From Promethearchaeota archaeon (lineage in GTDB: Archaea; Asgardarchaeota; Lokiarchaeia; Sigyniarchaeales; SOKP01), in contig JAEOTZ010000072.1 of assembly GCA_016839585.1 (NCBI GenBank), positions 1-64,000 of the forward strand: a stretch of 64,000 nt of DNA. Direction: 5' to 3'. The notes below the pieces were generated by a model, which saw only the letters and a program-made list of their open reading frames with translations, was not told the origin of the DNA and did not search any database. The stretch's first letter is position 1. Every line of letters starts with the position of its first letter. This document shows positions 10,039 to 20,795 of this stretch, piece after piece. The position numbers were made by a program, and so were the translations under genes.

Positions 10039-11409
10039 ATGAGTGAATCAGATGAGATAGTGAGAGAAAGAACTAGTAATTTTAAAAAAACTCTCTTTGG
10101 ATCACCAAGATTAGGAACTTCAATCGTGCTTGGTATCGAAGGATGGGCTTTATTCACTCTCTATACTTCCGGTTATAGATTACCTCCATTTCAAGCTGGT
10201 TTCATAATTAGTATGGGCTATTTAACTATTGCCCTGTCCCAGTTTTTATTTGGATGGCTTAGTGATGCTAAATATACACGTTGGGGACGCAGAAAACCAT
10301 ATATCATAATATTTGCTCCAATCTTAGGAATGGCCACCATTTTCTTATTGTTACCTGGCTTTATGATTGACCTTAATGATAAAAAAATCCTATTTACATG
10401 GATGTTAGTATGGGAGGTTCTATTTAGGTTTTCTTATTCTGTTACTACCCCCTACCAAGCGTGGATGGCAGAAGAATTCCCAGTAGAAGAAAGACCTAAA
10501 GTTTCTCAATTTCAAAACACATTTAATTACATAGGGAATGGAATTATGGCACTTTTTTCTTTAATTATTCTAACGAGTTATATAGATGATTTAAAAGCAG
10601 TTGCTGATCTAAATATCTCTATTCCATTAGATCTAAGTATTCCAATAATAATTTTCGGAATTATGACCATCGTATTGTTTTATATAATTGCTTTTAAAAT
10701 GCCAATAGAGCCACATTACAAAATAGAATCAAATCTTATTGAAAATCTAAAAACTATTGTTAAAAATAAAAATTTTATGTTAATTGTTCTAATGGTAGGT
10801 ATATCAGGTCTTGGTTGGTCTATGATAACAACCGCTATGTTAAAATATCTTGATGATGCTTTAAATTTGAGTGATACTGATTACATTATTGCGGCAGTTT
10901 CGTTGCTACTAACAATTTTCATATTTTTATATCTTTGGAGAAGAGCAATTCAAAAAATAGGTAAAAAACGAACTCTGCTATATGTGTTTCTTCTTGCCGT
11001 AATATTTCTTCCAATTACCCTTTTAGGATTTCTACCAATGGATAATTTCTTAATTCTGGGAATAATATTCATTGTAGGGATTGGTGCTATCTTGGGAGGT
11101 TGGTATTTGTTCCCATATATTGTCTATGCTGATGTTGCAGAAGATGATGAAAAATTAACGGGAGAATTAAAAGCGGGAATATATTCAGGATTTCCTTCTA
11201 TAATTCTTAACCTATTTCAAGCAGGTGGAGCTTTTTTTATTGGAGCTATATTGTCTTTACCTGATTTAACAAGAGATTATGTTCCAGAACCATATTCATT
11301 CTCAATTGGATTACTTATATTCGGACCAATTGTGTCAGTTATATTGCTTATTTCTTATTTCTATACGAGGAAATTTGTCCAATTAGATTATGAATGGGAA
11401 AAGAAGTAA
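10039..11409 (+). CDS. MFS transporter, GPH (glycoside-pentoside-hexuronide) family
   Basis: GWLSD…TRWGRRKPYI motif, about 12 TM helices. Confidence 0.9.
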   Translation: MSESDEIVRERTSNFKKTLFGSPRLGTSIVLGIEGWALFTLYTSGYRLPPFQAGFIISMGYLTIALSQFLFGWLSDAKYTRWGRRKPYIIIFAPILGMATIFLLLPGFMIDLNDKKILFTWMLVWEVLFRFSYSVTTPYQAWMAEEFPVEERPKVSQFQNTFNYIGNGIMALFSLIILTSYIDDLKAVADLNISIPLDLSIPIIIFGIMTIVLFYIIAFKMPIEPHYKIESNLIENLKTIVKNKNFMLIVLMVGISGLGWSMITTAMLKYLDDALNLSDTDYIIAAVSLLLTIFIFLYLWRRAIQKIGKKRTLLYVFLLAVIFLPITLLGFLPMDNFLILGIIFIVGIGAILGGWYLFPYIVYADVAEDDEKLTGELKAGIYSGFPSIILNLFQAGGAFFIGAILSLPDLTRDYVPEPYSFSIGLLIFGPIVSVILLISYFYTRKFVQLDYEWEKK

Positions 11410-11517
11410 ATTAAAATTTAAATTAATAATTTTTTTTTTATTTTGTTTTAAAGTTTTTTTAAAGACTAATCTTTGCTTGAATAAAATCAATAAGCAGTGA
11501 ATAATTAATTTTTAATA

Positions 11518-12879
11518 ATGATGATCTTCCATAAAGTTCTTGAAATTTATTCGAAGTACTATATTTGTCTCCATTGTGTAGGACGTATGTTTTCTTTACT
11601 AGGTACAAGTACAACGAATAAAAAAAGAGGATATTCATTATTACTTTCATTAACTATGGAAAACCATCGTAAATATTTATCCAATGGTGATGATCAACAA
11701 GCAGAAGCATTGAAATATTTAAAAATTCTAGCTGAAAACGCTCATTTTTTACCTGCTCAAAAAGTTCTGGAAAATGAGGGAATTGAGTATTCAGAGAAAC
11801 ACCCATATCAAGCTTGCTACATATGTCATGATATATTTTCCAATATTGATAATTATATAAATAAAGTGAAGGTTAAACTTAAGGGGATTGAATTTAATAA
11901 TTTCTTGGTCGGTTCAAGTCCGGATTCACAGATAATTAATAACGAAGATAAATTTAAGACAGAATTTAAGCTCTTAGAAGCAGAAGCTTTTAAAAGTCAT
12001 TTCAATCGTAAAATTGGAAAAAAATTAATGGTTATGTTAAAAAAAACTCCCGAATTTAATAACCCGGATATTTTAATTATATATTCTTTAAGTTTTGATT
12101 CTTTTAAGATAGATATAATAATTAAATCGCTTTTTATTTACGGGAGATATAATAAATTGATAAGAGGAATCCCACAAACTCATTGGTTCTGCAAAAATTG
12201 TCTGGGAAAAGGATGTGAACAATGTGATTTCACTGGAAAGCAATATTTAACTAGTATAGAAGAATTAATTAGTCCTGAATTTGTTAAGGAATCGGAAGCT
12301 ACTGATTCTAAATTTCATGGTGCTGGAAGAGAAGATATTGATGTAAGGATGCTAGGTACTGGAAGGCCATTCATTCTTGAATTAAGAAATCCAAAAGTTA
12401 GGAACTTAAATTTAGTATATATAGAAAAAATAATTAATAAATCTCTTAAAAAAAAAGTAAAAGTTTCAAATTTAAAATATAGTAATAAGAAAGAAGTAAT
12501 TAAACTTAAAGCCGAATCAAAAAATACAAAAAAAACATATAAAGCAGTGGTCCAAGTGCAAAATAGGATTACTAAAGAATTTTTTGAAGAAAAACTAAGA
12601 AAATTGAAAACGATCTTTGAAAATCAAAAAATACATCAAAGAACACCAATTAGAGTTTCTCATCGTCGTGTTGATAAGGTTAGAAAAAAAATTATCTATA
12701 AAATAACGGGAAAATATATTAAATCAAATTTATTTGAATTTACTATTGAAACACAAGGGGGTACTTATATTAAAGAGCTTATTAATGGTGATCAAGGGCG
12801 AACATCTCCGTCTTTTTCAGAGGTTTTTAAAATACCATTAATTTTTATAGAATTAGATGTACTAGAAATCTCAATCTAA
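11518..12879 (+). CDS. pus10: tRNA pseudouridine(54/55) synthase Pus10
   Basis: GRYNKLIRGIPQT, FHGAGREDIDVRMLG.GRPF, GGTYIKELI.GD.GRT.PS. Confidence 0.96.
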   Translation: MMIFHKVLEIYSKYYICLHCVGRMFSLLGTSTTNKKRGYSLLLSLTMENHRKYLSNGDDQQAEALKYLKILAENAHFLPAQKVLENEGIEYSEKHPYQACYICHDIFSNIDNYINKVKVKLKGIEFNNFLVGSSPDSQIINNEDKFKTEFKLLEAEAFKSHFNRKIGKKLMVMLKKTPEFNNPDILIIYSLSFDSFKIDIIIKSLFIYGRYNKLIRGIPQTHWFCKNCLGKGCEQCDFTGKQYLTSIEELISPEFVKESEATDSKFHGAGREDIDVRMLGTGRPFILELRNPKVRNLNLVYIEKIINKSLKKKVKVSNLKYSNKKEVIKLKAESKNTKKTYKAVVQVQNRITKEFFEEKLRKLKTIFENQKIHQRTPIRVSHRRVDKVRKKIIYKITGKYIKSNLFEFTIETQGGTYIKELINGDQGRTSPSFSEVFKIPLIFIELDVLEISI

Positions 12880-12989
12880 GATTGATACTAAATAAAACAT
12901 TCAAATAAAATCAAAAAATAAATAAACAATTATTCATAATTCTACTAAATCAATTGATTTATTTTCATATTACCAATTAAAAACACGAT

Positions 12990-13313
12990 TTGGGTAATTT
13001 GGTCAAGCATAGGGGCTATAGGAAAAAAACTCGCCAAAAGCACAGAAAAAATGTCCGTAAACGAGGACTTGGAAGTATTGAAAAATATTTAATTGATTAT
13101 AAAATTAACGATAAAGTTGATATAATAACTGATCCATCTGTTCATAGCCGTGGAATGCCACATTCCAGATTCCACGGGCGTACTGGCACAATAACGGGAC
13201 AAAGAGGGCGTTGTTATTTAGTGGAAGTAAAGTTAGGTAAATCTATGAAAACATTAATAATTGGAAAAGAGCACTTAAGGTTGAATAGAATCTCTGCTAA
13301 AGCAAAAGAATAA
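12990..13313 (+). CDS. rpl21e: 50S ribosomal protein eL21
   Basis: GYRKKTR, GMPHSRFHGRTG, EHL; conserved pus10-rpl21e-rpo4 order. Confidence 0.95.
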   Translation: MGNLVKHRGYRKKTRQKHRKNVRKRGLGSIEKYLIDYKINDKVDIITDPSVHSRGMPHSRFHGRTGTITGQRGRCYLVEVKLGKSMKTLIIGKEHLRLNRISAKAKE

Positions 13314-13329
13314 AGATGAGGGTAATTTA

Positions 13330-13695
13330 ATGTCTGGACGAAAAGTTGATGAAAAAATAGTTTCTATACCTGAAGTAAAAGATATTATGGAAAATGTAAA
13401 GGAAAAGATATTAGAAATTGATTCCGAAGAGGATATGTCGCATTTTCAAGAAATAACTTATAATTACGTAAATAAATTTTCTAAGATACCAACAAAAATC
13501 GCGATTAAAATTATAAAATTTTTAGTGGATAAATATGATATTGAAGAAAATTATGCTATAAACGTTGTAAATATTGATCCTCAATCTGTTCCAGAATTGC
13601 GGATGATTTTTGAGAAGTCTTATAATGGAAAAACTTTAAATGACGATCAATTACAAGAGATTCTTTACCAGATCGAAGATATCAAAACATCATAA
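13330..13695 (+). CDS. rpo4: RNA polymerase subunit Rpo4 (RpoF)
   Basis: YVNKFSK…AINVVNIDPQSVPELRMIF; synteny. Confidence 0.9.
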   Translation: MSGRKVDEKIVSIPEVKDIMENVKEKILEIDSEEDMSHFQEITYNYVNKFSKIPTKIAIKIIKFLVDKYDIEENYAINVVNIDPQSVPELRMIFEKSYNGKTLNDDQLQEILYQIEDIKTS

Positions 13696-13867
13696 CTAAA
13701 ATCTTCACAGATAAGAAATTTTTACACTAAGTTATGAAATCCGAAGAATTTATAAATCTATGTTGTTTTAAATTTTAATGAATACTCTCTCAATATTAAG
13801 TTAAAAAAGTTAAAAAAAATTTTTAGTATGGTAAACGGAAAAGTAAAAATTAAAACAAAAAGTTATT

Positions 13868-14509
13868 ATGGAAAGAAGAGACCAATACAGAAGGACAGCT
13901 CGAAGAAAACCCTATCGAGGTCGTCCAAGAGAGAAAAAGCAATTCATAAAGAAGTTTCGAGATGTAGTAATCCTAGATTTATTACTACATGGTCATCCAG
14001 AGGAAGATAGGCCAAGTTGGGCAAAAACTCCTTTAGCTCAAGTACTTACTTTTCCTGATTTTGTACTATATGAAGTTAAAGTTAATAAAAATTCTGATAT
14101 AAAGGTACAAGAACAGAAAACTTATGAAGCTTTCCTGAGGGAAGTAAAATTAAGAGATGTTTTAAAAAAAATTGATTATAACGATTTAACTAATACCTCA
14201 AAAGCTTTAATCCAGTCAATTCTTGAAAAACAAGTATTAAAATATGAGGAAGAATTTATAAATTTCTTCAATAATTCTACTTCGATTACTCCTAGAATGC
14301 ACGCTTTAAAACTGCTGCCCGGTATAGGACAGAAGCATATGTGGGAGATTCTGGAGGCAAGAGAGAAACAAAAATTTACAACTTTTCAAGATATTGCAGA
14401 TAGAACAAGTATATCAAACCCTGCTAAGTTGATTACCCAAAGAATTATTAAAGAACTTCAAAGGGATGCAAAATACTATCTTTTTAGCAAAACCCAAAAA
14501 TATGAATAA
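13868..14509 (+). CDS. DUF655 putative RNA-binding protein
   Basis: FINFFN…ITPRMHALKLLPGIG; conserved position between rpo4 and ksgA. Confidence 0.9.
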   Translation: MERRDQYRRTARRKPYRGRPREKKQFIKKFRDVVILDLLLHGHPEEDRPSWAKTPLAQVLTFPDFVLYEVKVNKNSDIKVQEQKTYEAFLREVKLRDVLKKIDYNDLTNTSKALIQSILEKQVLKYEEEFINFFNNSTSITPRMHALKLLPGIGQKHMWEILEAREKQKFTTFQDIADRTSISNPAKLITQRIIKELQRDAKYYLFSKTQKYE

Positions 14510-14514
14510 ATAGA

Positions 14515-15378
14515 ATGACATATAAAGATGTAAGACTAATTCTCAAAAGGTTAAATTTAAGACCTAAAAGACATTTAGGGCAAAATTTCCTTGTTGATAA
14601 TAACACTTTAAACAAGGTTATTTCAGAGTCGCATATTAAAAAGGATGATATAATATTAGAGATCGGCCCAGGTTTGGGAGCCTTAACAGAGAGATTAATT
14701 GAGAAGGCGAAAAAAGTATATGCTATTGAAATTGATCCTATTCTTTGTAAATATATTTCAGAAAAATTCTCAAATCATAGAAATATTGAGATCACAAATG
14801 GAGATATCTTAAAAGTGGACATTCCTTTTAATAATAAAGTTGTTTCTAATATTCCTTACAAAATAACTGGTCCAATTTTTGAAAGAATTTTTTTTAAAGA
14901 AAAACCTCCTCAAGGAATCCTAATAATAGAAAAAAATATTGCTGATAGAATATTTTTCGAAGGAGATTATAAAAAATATTCTAGAATTACGATTAGTTTT
15001 AATTCTTTTATGAAACCAATTTCAAAATTCACAATTCCTCGGAATTCTTTTTATCCAGTTCCAAAAATCGATCTTGCTTTGATAAACACAGCACCTAAAG
15101 CCCAAATAAACCAATTTTTATTAAAAGATGATGGAAAGAAATTCTACTTAAAGTTTTTAGCTGGAATTATGCCTTACAAGAATAAAAATATTGTAAATGC
15201 AATTGAATTATTTTTAAAACAAAATGGAATAAGTAAATTGGATAAAAAAGAAATTTTACAGATTCTTAAAAAAAAAAAATTTAATAATTACAAAATTTTT
15301 AGCTATAAAATAGAAGAATTAATAGAATTAAGTAAATTAGTTTTCAATTTCTATAACTTAAAAAAAAATAGTGATTAA
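14515..15378 (+). CDS. rsmA: 16S rRNA dimethyladenosine transferase KsgA/RsmA
   Basis: LGQNFL, LEIGPGLGALT, VSNIPY. Confidence 0.95.
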   Translation: MTYKDVRLILKRLNLRPKRHLGQNFLVDNNTLNKVISESHIKKDDIILEIGPGLGALTERLIEKAKKVYAIEIDPILCKYISEKFSNHRNIEITNGDILKVDIPFNNKVVSNIPYKITGPIFERIFFKEKPPQGILIIEKNIADRIFFEGDYKKYSRITISFNSFMKPISKFTIPRNSFYPVPKIDLALINTAPKAQINQFLLKDDGKKFYLKFLAGIMPYKNKNIVNAIELFLKQNGISKLDKKEILQILKKKKFNNYKIFSYKIEELIELSKLVFNFYNLKKNSD

Positions 15379-16066
15379 GATCAATTCTTTCCCTGATCCA
15401 ATAATAGAATATGATTTTGAGAATGTATATCCTCCATCTGAGGATACTTATCTATTAATTGATTATTTCAAAGAATCTGTAAATGAAAAATACTTTGACG
15501 GAATAAACATTAAATATATTAAAAACATATTAGATTTAGGGACTGGAACAGGTATTATAGCAATATTTTTTCAATTAATTACACAAAATTTCGTTAATTT
15601 TAATCCTAAGATTTATGCTTCTGATATTTTAGAAGAAGCTTTAATTTGTGTCAAGTTAAATGAAAAATTAAATGGCATTAAAAAAAAAATAACATTTATA
15701 AAATCAGATCTATTTAAATCATTTCCTTTAAATTTGAAAAATACCTTTGATATAATTATTTTCAATCCTCCATATTTACCATCTCTGGATGATCTCAATG
15801 AGAAAGAGAGAGAATTAAATATCGATTATAGCTGGAATGGCGGTATAAAAGGCTACGAACTAGTTCTTAAATTTATTGAACAAGCAAGACAGTTTCTCAA
15901 TTTACACCATAAGTGCTATATATATTTTATTAATTCAAGTAGAACTAATTTAAATGATTTTAACTATATATTAAAGCAAAAAGGGTATGAAAATGAGATT
16001 TTGAATAAAAAACATATTTTTTTTGAAGATATCATTTTAAATAGGTTAACTTTAAGGAAATATTAA
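15371..16066 (+). CDS. HemK2/PrmC-like release factor glutamine methyltransferase
   Basis: VYPPSEDTYLL, LDLGTGTG, FNPPY, WNGG. Confidence 0.88.
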   Translation: MIKINSFPDPIIEYDFENVYPPSEDTYLLIDYFKESVNEKYFDGINIKYIKNILDLGTGTGIIAIFFQLITQNFVNFNPKIYASDILEEALICVKLNEKLNGIKKKITFIKSDLFKSFPLNLKNTFDIIIFNPPYLPSLDDLNEKERELNIDYSWNGGIKGYELVLKFIEQARQFLNLHHKCYIYFINSSRTNLNDFNYILKQKGYENEILNKKHIFFEDIILNRLTLRKY

Positions 16067-17343
16067 AACGGTCTTCTATTTCTTCTCTTACCTAATAATG
16101 ATATTCCATATTTATTTAAAGTCCTAGTTAAATTATTAAATAAAAGATTTATTTCACTTTTCTTAAAAACAGCTCTTCTATGAGCTTCAATTTGTGGGAT
16201 AGGCAATCCATAATGCTCATTTAAGCTTGAAATTGGTAACAATATTGAAGAAATTAAATCAGCTTTTTCCGAGGCTTTTTTAAGAGAATGTTTTTCATTC
16301 ATAAAAAATTCAATTCTGCATGGCGTATCATAGAAAGCAGTTTTAAGATAAAAAGCATAAAATGAAAGAGGAAAATAGTATGGAATTTCTTTTTTTATTC
16401 CAGTATCTCTAATTTTATCGATTTCTCTTTTACAATTAAAAATACAACTTCTTTCAGCTTTTTTTAATAATCGATTAAATAAATCTAAATCAGAGAAATA
16501 ATTCATTATATCTCTGTAATTAATTTTAATAAAATCATTTAAATTTGATTTATTGGGTAATAATAATTGGATAGATTCACTTAATAAATGTGTTAAAGCA
16601 GAAGTTCTTGTATCTTTAATTGAACCAATTAATATAATTCCTTTTTCTTTACAGGTTAAATATAAATTATGATACTCTTTTAATAATAAATCATAATTCT
16701 TAGATATTTCAGGATCTTTGGAGAAAAGTAAATTAATAGGCATAATGACAATTGAACCGTCGATAATCACAATATCGATATCAGTATATCTATTAATCAT
16801 GTTGTTAAGTAAATTAATTTCCATGAATTTCATGTCCATTGAGATCTTAGCTTCAATTGCGGTGTCATCACGATTCAAATAATTTCCCTGCACAGTATAA
16901 TTATTAAATCCATTTAAGTCCGGAAAATATGTAATATTTGCTGAGTGATTTTTGTAAAATAAATATTTTACTGCTATAGCTTTTAGAAATGAAAAGTCCA
17001 CATTCATAAATTTTTTAACAACTGAACTTCCATCTACACTAACGACATTTAATCCTCTAATATTTGAGGATTTAACTTGTTGTTTTAAAAAAGATTCTTT
17101 AATATAATATTTAGAATAATTAATTAATCCCGAAAAATCTAAATCATCGAGATTTTTTATTATTATTTCTATAAATTCAGTTTTTACTTTTTCAAGCTCA
17201 ATATATTCATTCGCGATAGCTTTTAGATATTTTAGTAGAATTTGTTCTTTTGTAAAACTTGTATAAGATAAATTTTCTTTTTCTTTTAACAAATAATTTG
17301 TATGTTTACTATTAGACTTTAACGAATTATTCTCAATTGTCAT
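16063..17343 (-). CDS. nurA: NurA-family nuclease
   Basis: SVDGS, IIDGSI, GSIKD, YGLPIPQIEAHRRA. Confidence 0.85.
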   Translation of the reverse strand: MTIENNSLKSNSKHTNYLLKEKENLSYTSFTKEQILLKYLKAIANEYIELEKVKTEFIEIIIKNLDDLDFSGLINYSKYYIKESFLKQQVKSSNIRGLNVVSVDGSSVVKKFMNVDFSFLKAIAVKYLFYKNHSANITYFPDLNGFNNYTVQGNYLNRDDTAIEAKISMDMKFMEINLLNNMINRYTDIDIVIIDGSIVIMPINLLFSKDPEISKNYDLLLKEYHNLYLTCKEKGIILIGSIKDTRTSALTHLLSESIQLLLPNKSNLNDFIKINYRDIMNYFSDLDLFNRLLKKAERSCIFNCKREIDKIRDTGIKKEIPYYFPLSFYAFYLKTAFYDTPCRIEFFMNEKHSLKKASEKADLISSILLPISSLNEHYGLPIPQIEAHRRAVFKKSEINLLFNNLTRTLNKYGISLLGKRRNRRPF

Positions 17344-17436
17344 TTAGAGTATTTAAAAATAGGATAAAAATAATAATAATGAGATATTTAATTTTTTGAT
17401 TTCTTGAAGTTTTAAGAACATATATATCTCAGATAA

Positions 17437-18090
17437 ATGTCCATCCAAATTGGAAGAAACCCATGGATTTTAATTGGGTTATCATCTCTTGAAATTTTAT
17501 TCGTCATTTTACCAGCATTTATCGCTGGAAAAATTGAGAAAAAAGGAGTTAGAGAAGAACTAACTGAGATGGGTTTTAAAAAAAATCAAGATTCATTGAT
17601 AGTAAATCTATTAAAAATCTTCACTGGTATTGGAATTGGTATTTTACTTTTTGCAACTGGTGGTTTAATTATTTACTTTTTCAGAGATATTATTGTTAAT
17701 TTCATATTCGGAACGACTTTCGTGCAACATGGTGATGCAGGAGCAATTTCAACCCAACCAATTCAACCGAGTATAATTCAAGTAATGATAATCATTGTTT
17801 TACAAATTTTGATTATTGGAATTTGTGAAGAAGCCTTCTTCCGAGCATTTTTAATAAACAAATTTAAAAATAAAATGAGATTAAGATATGCCTTTATATT
17901 CTCGTCAATATTTTTTACACTTTACCATGTTCCTCCCTTTTTAGTGCCAATTACAACCATGATTACTTTTTTCGGATATTATTTTAGTATTGGACTTTTG
18001 TTATCTTTTATTTTTATATATTTTGATTATTCAATAATCCCTGTCTCAATTGCTCATTCTATTTTCAATATTTTAATCATTATAATATGA
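17437..18090 (+). CDS. CPBP family intramembrane glutamic protease
   Basis: EEAFFRA, FTLYH, IAHSIFN motifs. Confidence 0.88.
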   Translation: MSIQIGRNPWILIGLSSLEILFVILPAFIAGKIEKKGVREELTEMGFKKNQDSLIVNLLKIFTGIGIGILLFATGGLIIYFFRDIIVNFIFGTTFVQHGDAGAISTQPIQPSIIQVMIIIVLQILIIGICEEAFFRAFLINKFKNKMRLRYAFIFSSIFFTLYHVPPFLVPITTMITFFGYYFSIGLLLSFIFIYFDYSIIPVSIAHSIFNILIIII

Positions 18091-18243
18091 GTAATATTTC
18101 ATTTTAAAATAATAACTTTAAATTAAACAAAATTTAATTAATACTTGGTATATTAATATTTTAAATTTAAATCTATAAAATAACATAATAAATATAAATA
18201 TTGTAAAAAAATCAACTCCAATTTCTAATTTGAATAATAAGTA

Positions 18244-18786
18244 ATGACCGATTATGATTTTACCTATAAAATATTGATGCTAGGTGATGCTAGCGTTGGT
18301 AAGACCTCACTTACAATAAGATATATCTCTGGATTTTTTTTAGAAGACCTCAAATTAACTATTGGTGTTGATTTTTATTCAAAAACTACTAATTTTAAAG
18401 ATAAAAAAGTTAAACTTCAAATATGGGATTTTGGAGGAGAAGAGCGATTCAGATTTCTTCTTCATCAATATTGTAAGGGTGCTAATGGTGCTTTCTTTCT
18501 TTATGATATAACAAATTCTACTACTCTCGACCATCTACCAGATTGGACGTCAATCATCAGAGAGCATGTAGGTGATATACCCATAATGTTAATTGGTTCA
18601 AAACTCGATTTGGATGAATTTAGAGCCGTGTTAAGAGATGATGGAATACTATCGGCAAGGAAATATAATCTTGCCTCATTTGCGGAATTATCTTCAAAAA
18701 CAGGGCAAAATGTAGAAAAAGCATTTGAAGTTTTGACAGAAATTTTGTTTGAAAGATATTCAACTGAACAAAAGACAATTGTATAA
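18244..18786 (+). CDS. Rab-like small GTPase
   Basis: GDASVGKT, TIGVDF, IWDFGGEERF, SKLD, SSK; no C-terminal prenylation motif. Confidence 0.93.
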   Translation: MTDYDFTYKILMLGDASVGKTSLTIRYISGFFLEDLKLTIGVDFYSKTTNFKDKKVKLQIWDFGGEERFRFLLHQYCKGANGAFFLYDITNSTTLDHLPDWTSIIREHVGDIPIMLIGSKLDLDEFRAVLRDDGILSARKYNLASFAELSSKTGQNVEKAFEVLTEILFERYSTEQKTIV

Positions 18787-18877
18787 TTCAATACTATTTG
18801 TTAATCAAAAATATTTTAATAAAATTATATTTTAATTACTTTAATAGTCAAATCAATAACATAATACTTAATTTGGG

Positions 18878-19258
18878 GTGCATTTTATGATAGAAGTATT
18901 AAATAAAAAAGATAAGCTTGAAGGATATATAGATGGGAAGAAATATTTGAATAAGAAAAGTAAATTATTAGGTTATATAGAGAATAATGAATTTAAGGAT
19001 AAATCAGGTTATACTCTTTTAATTCTTACAGAAAATCGAGATATAACTTGGAATGAGGGAGAAAAACAGGGATGGCTCGAAGATGGAAAGATTTACTCTT
19101 CACTTGATAATAGACTTATTTTCGAGTTTAAAAAAGATAAAGAACAGATTCTTAATTCTGAGGGTGATGTAATTTTATATTTTAAGAGAGATTTTGAAAA
19201 ATTAGATGATTTAGATTTCTTTGGAATTGCAGGACAATATCTTGAGTTATTTGCCTAG
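18878..19258 (+). CDS. Hypothetical beta-rich protein (true start probably ATG 18887)
   Basis: Intact ORF with repeated G-Y/W-I-E/D beta-hairpin units; the annotated GTG lies within a GGGGTG SD. Confidence 0.55.
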   Translation: MHFMIEVLNKKDKLEGYIDGKKYLNKKSKLLGYIENNEFKDKSGYTLLILTENRDITWNEGEKQGWLEDGKIYSSLDNRLIFEFKKDKEQILNSEGDVILYFKRDFEKLDDLDFFGIAGQYLELFA

Positions 19259-19702
19259 GTACTCATAATTTTGAAAAATATAAACCTCTAAATAACTTTT
19301 TTATATTATCATTTTTATTTAAAAGTTCAATTAAAATACTACGTTTCATCTTTATACAGAAATTAATTTTACTAAATAAGCTAAATTTTTATCTCCTAGA
19401 AATTTCTTGATAATAAGGCAGATATATTTCACCTATCGATGATGAATGATCAATTGAATTAGTAATGATCATATCATTTGATAACAAAATTTGATCATTT
19501 CTAAATATCTGAATTCACTAGTAAAAAATTTGTTAATTTTTTTCATCAATTTTTTTTGTCGACCGTATTTGATTGATCACATTTATCAGATTAACTAAGA
19601 TGAACCAACACATTTATATATTAGGAATACTAATTTAAATTTAATTACACTTTAAAAATTAAAAAATTATTAATTAAACAATAGTTTGTGGAGGAATAAA
19701 AA

Positions 19703-19909
19703 ATGGCTGCATTTGCATGGAGTCCTCTTAGGGCTCTAATGAAAAAAGCCGGAGCTGAAATCGTAAGTCGTGCTGCAGTTGATAAATTGATGGATTATTT
19801 AGAAGAATATGCTAAAACATTAACTGGTTGCGCGTTAGATATCGCTAAACACTCCGGCAGAAAGAAAGTAACACAAGCCGATATGAAGATTGCCATAGGA
19901 TTGATATAG
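19703..19909 (+). CDS. Archaeal histone (HMf-like)
   Basis: RALMKKAGAEIVS…AKHSGRKKV…DM; SD GGAGG upstream, poly-T downstream. Confidence 0.95.
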   Translation: MAAFAWSPLRALMKKAGAEIVSRAAVDKLMDYLEEYAKTLTGCALDIAKHSGRKKVTQADMKIAIGLI

Positions 19910-20020
19910 GGCAATTTCACGTTAGCTTACTATATTTTTAACTCTTTTTTTTTCTTTTAATTTAAAAATAATTAATAATAGTCTTAATACTAAAGCAAAT
20001 TAAGAAAAATTTTAATCTTT

Positions 20021-20116
20021 TTATGTAATATATCTCGCGATTAAATAGATTCCAGTAGATATTAAAAGAATAGAGCTTAATATAAATATCAGTCTATATA
20101 TCACTTGAACAAACAT
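20021..20116 (-). pseudogene. Truncated paralog of small membrane protein 23174..23374
   Basis: Translates MFVQVIYRLIFILSSILLISTGIYLIARYIT*; DNA near-identical to 23174-23270 at the 3' end. Confidence 0.75.
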
Positions 20117-20198
20117 AAATCCCTAACATGTTATCACTATTGAAAATAGTACAATACAGATTAGTATAGTACTGATTTATTTCCAAAATAAAACAGTA

Positions 20199-20576
20199 TT
20201 GAAGAATCTTACCGTGGATGAGTTATGGAATATGCTTAAAACAATGGATTATAAAGATCAATTAAAGGTATTTAAAGAACTTGATCTTTCAATCAAACCA
20301 TTAAATGAAGGGCAAAATCGACAACTTATTCATTTATATTCTTGAAGGAGCAAGAAAAGGTGTTAAATTTTCAGAATTATACAAATCTGAGAAAAAGAAA
20401 TTATTTTGGGAACATTTTAAAACACTAACACCTATTTTAGAGAAGAAAAGATGAATAGAATCCTTTAATGTGAACGAACAGAAGAAAATTACCAAAGAAG
20501 TATATAAGAGAAGTCTTTTATGGGAAATCATTAAATCCGGAAAATATATTTTTAATACAGGCGAAAAAAAATTATG
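20199..20576 (+). pseudogene. Frameshifted coding fragments
   Basis: Successive short protein-like frames (LKNLTVDELWNML…, YILEGARKGVKFSEL…, VNEQKKITKEVY…). Confidence 0.4.
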
Positions 20577-20795
20577 ATTAAAGAAAATAAAGCTGAGGAT
20601 TTGATCAATAGGGCTAAAGGAGATGGGATCATCTCCAATTCAGATAAAACTCATCTTCAATTTATAAATTCTACTCGAAACTATATACATATTGAAGAAT
20701 TTATTAACTCTGGTGATGATATTACTGAAATTAAATTTAATCTTTCATTTGGAGTCTTTAAAGAAGTTCTGGATAAATTAAAAAAACTATTTTAA
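20574..20795 (+). CDS. HEPN-like domain fragment
   Basis: LINRAKGDGII…INSTRNYIH (RNxxH) helical pattern. Confidence 0.5.
   Translation: MIKENKAEDLINRAKGDGIISNSDKTHLQFINSTRNYIHIEEFINSGDDITEIKFNLSFGVFKEVLDKLKKLF

Noticed and set aside
13828-14010. 60-aa ORF overlapping DUF655
   Set aside because: Alternative-frame overlap of a conserved gene with no independent support.
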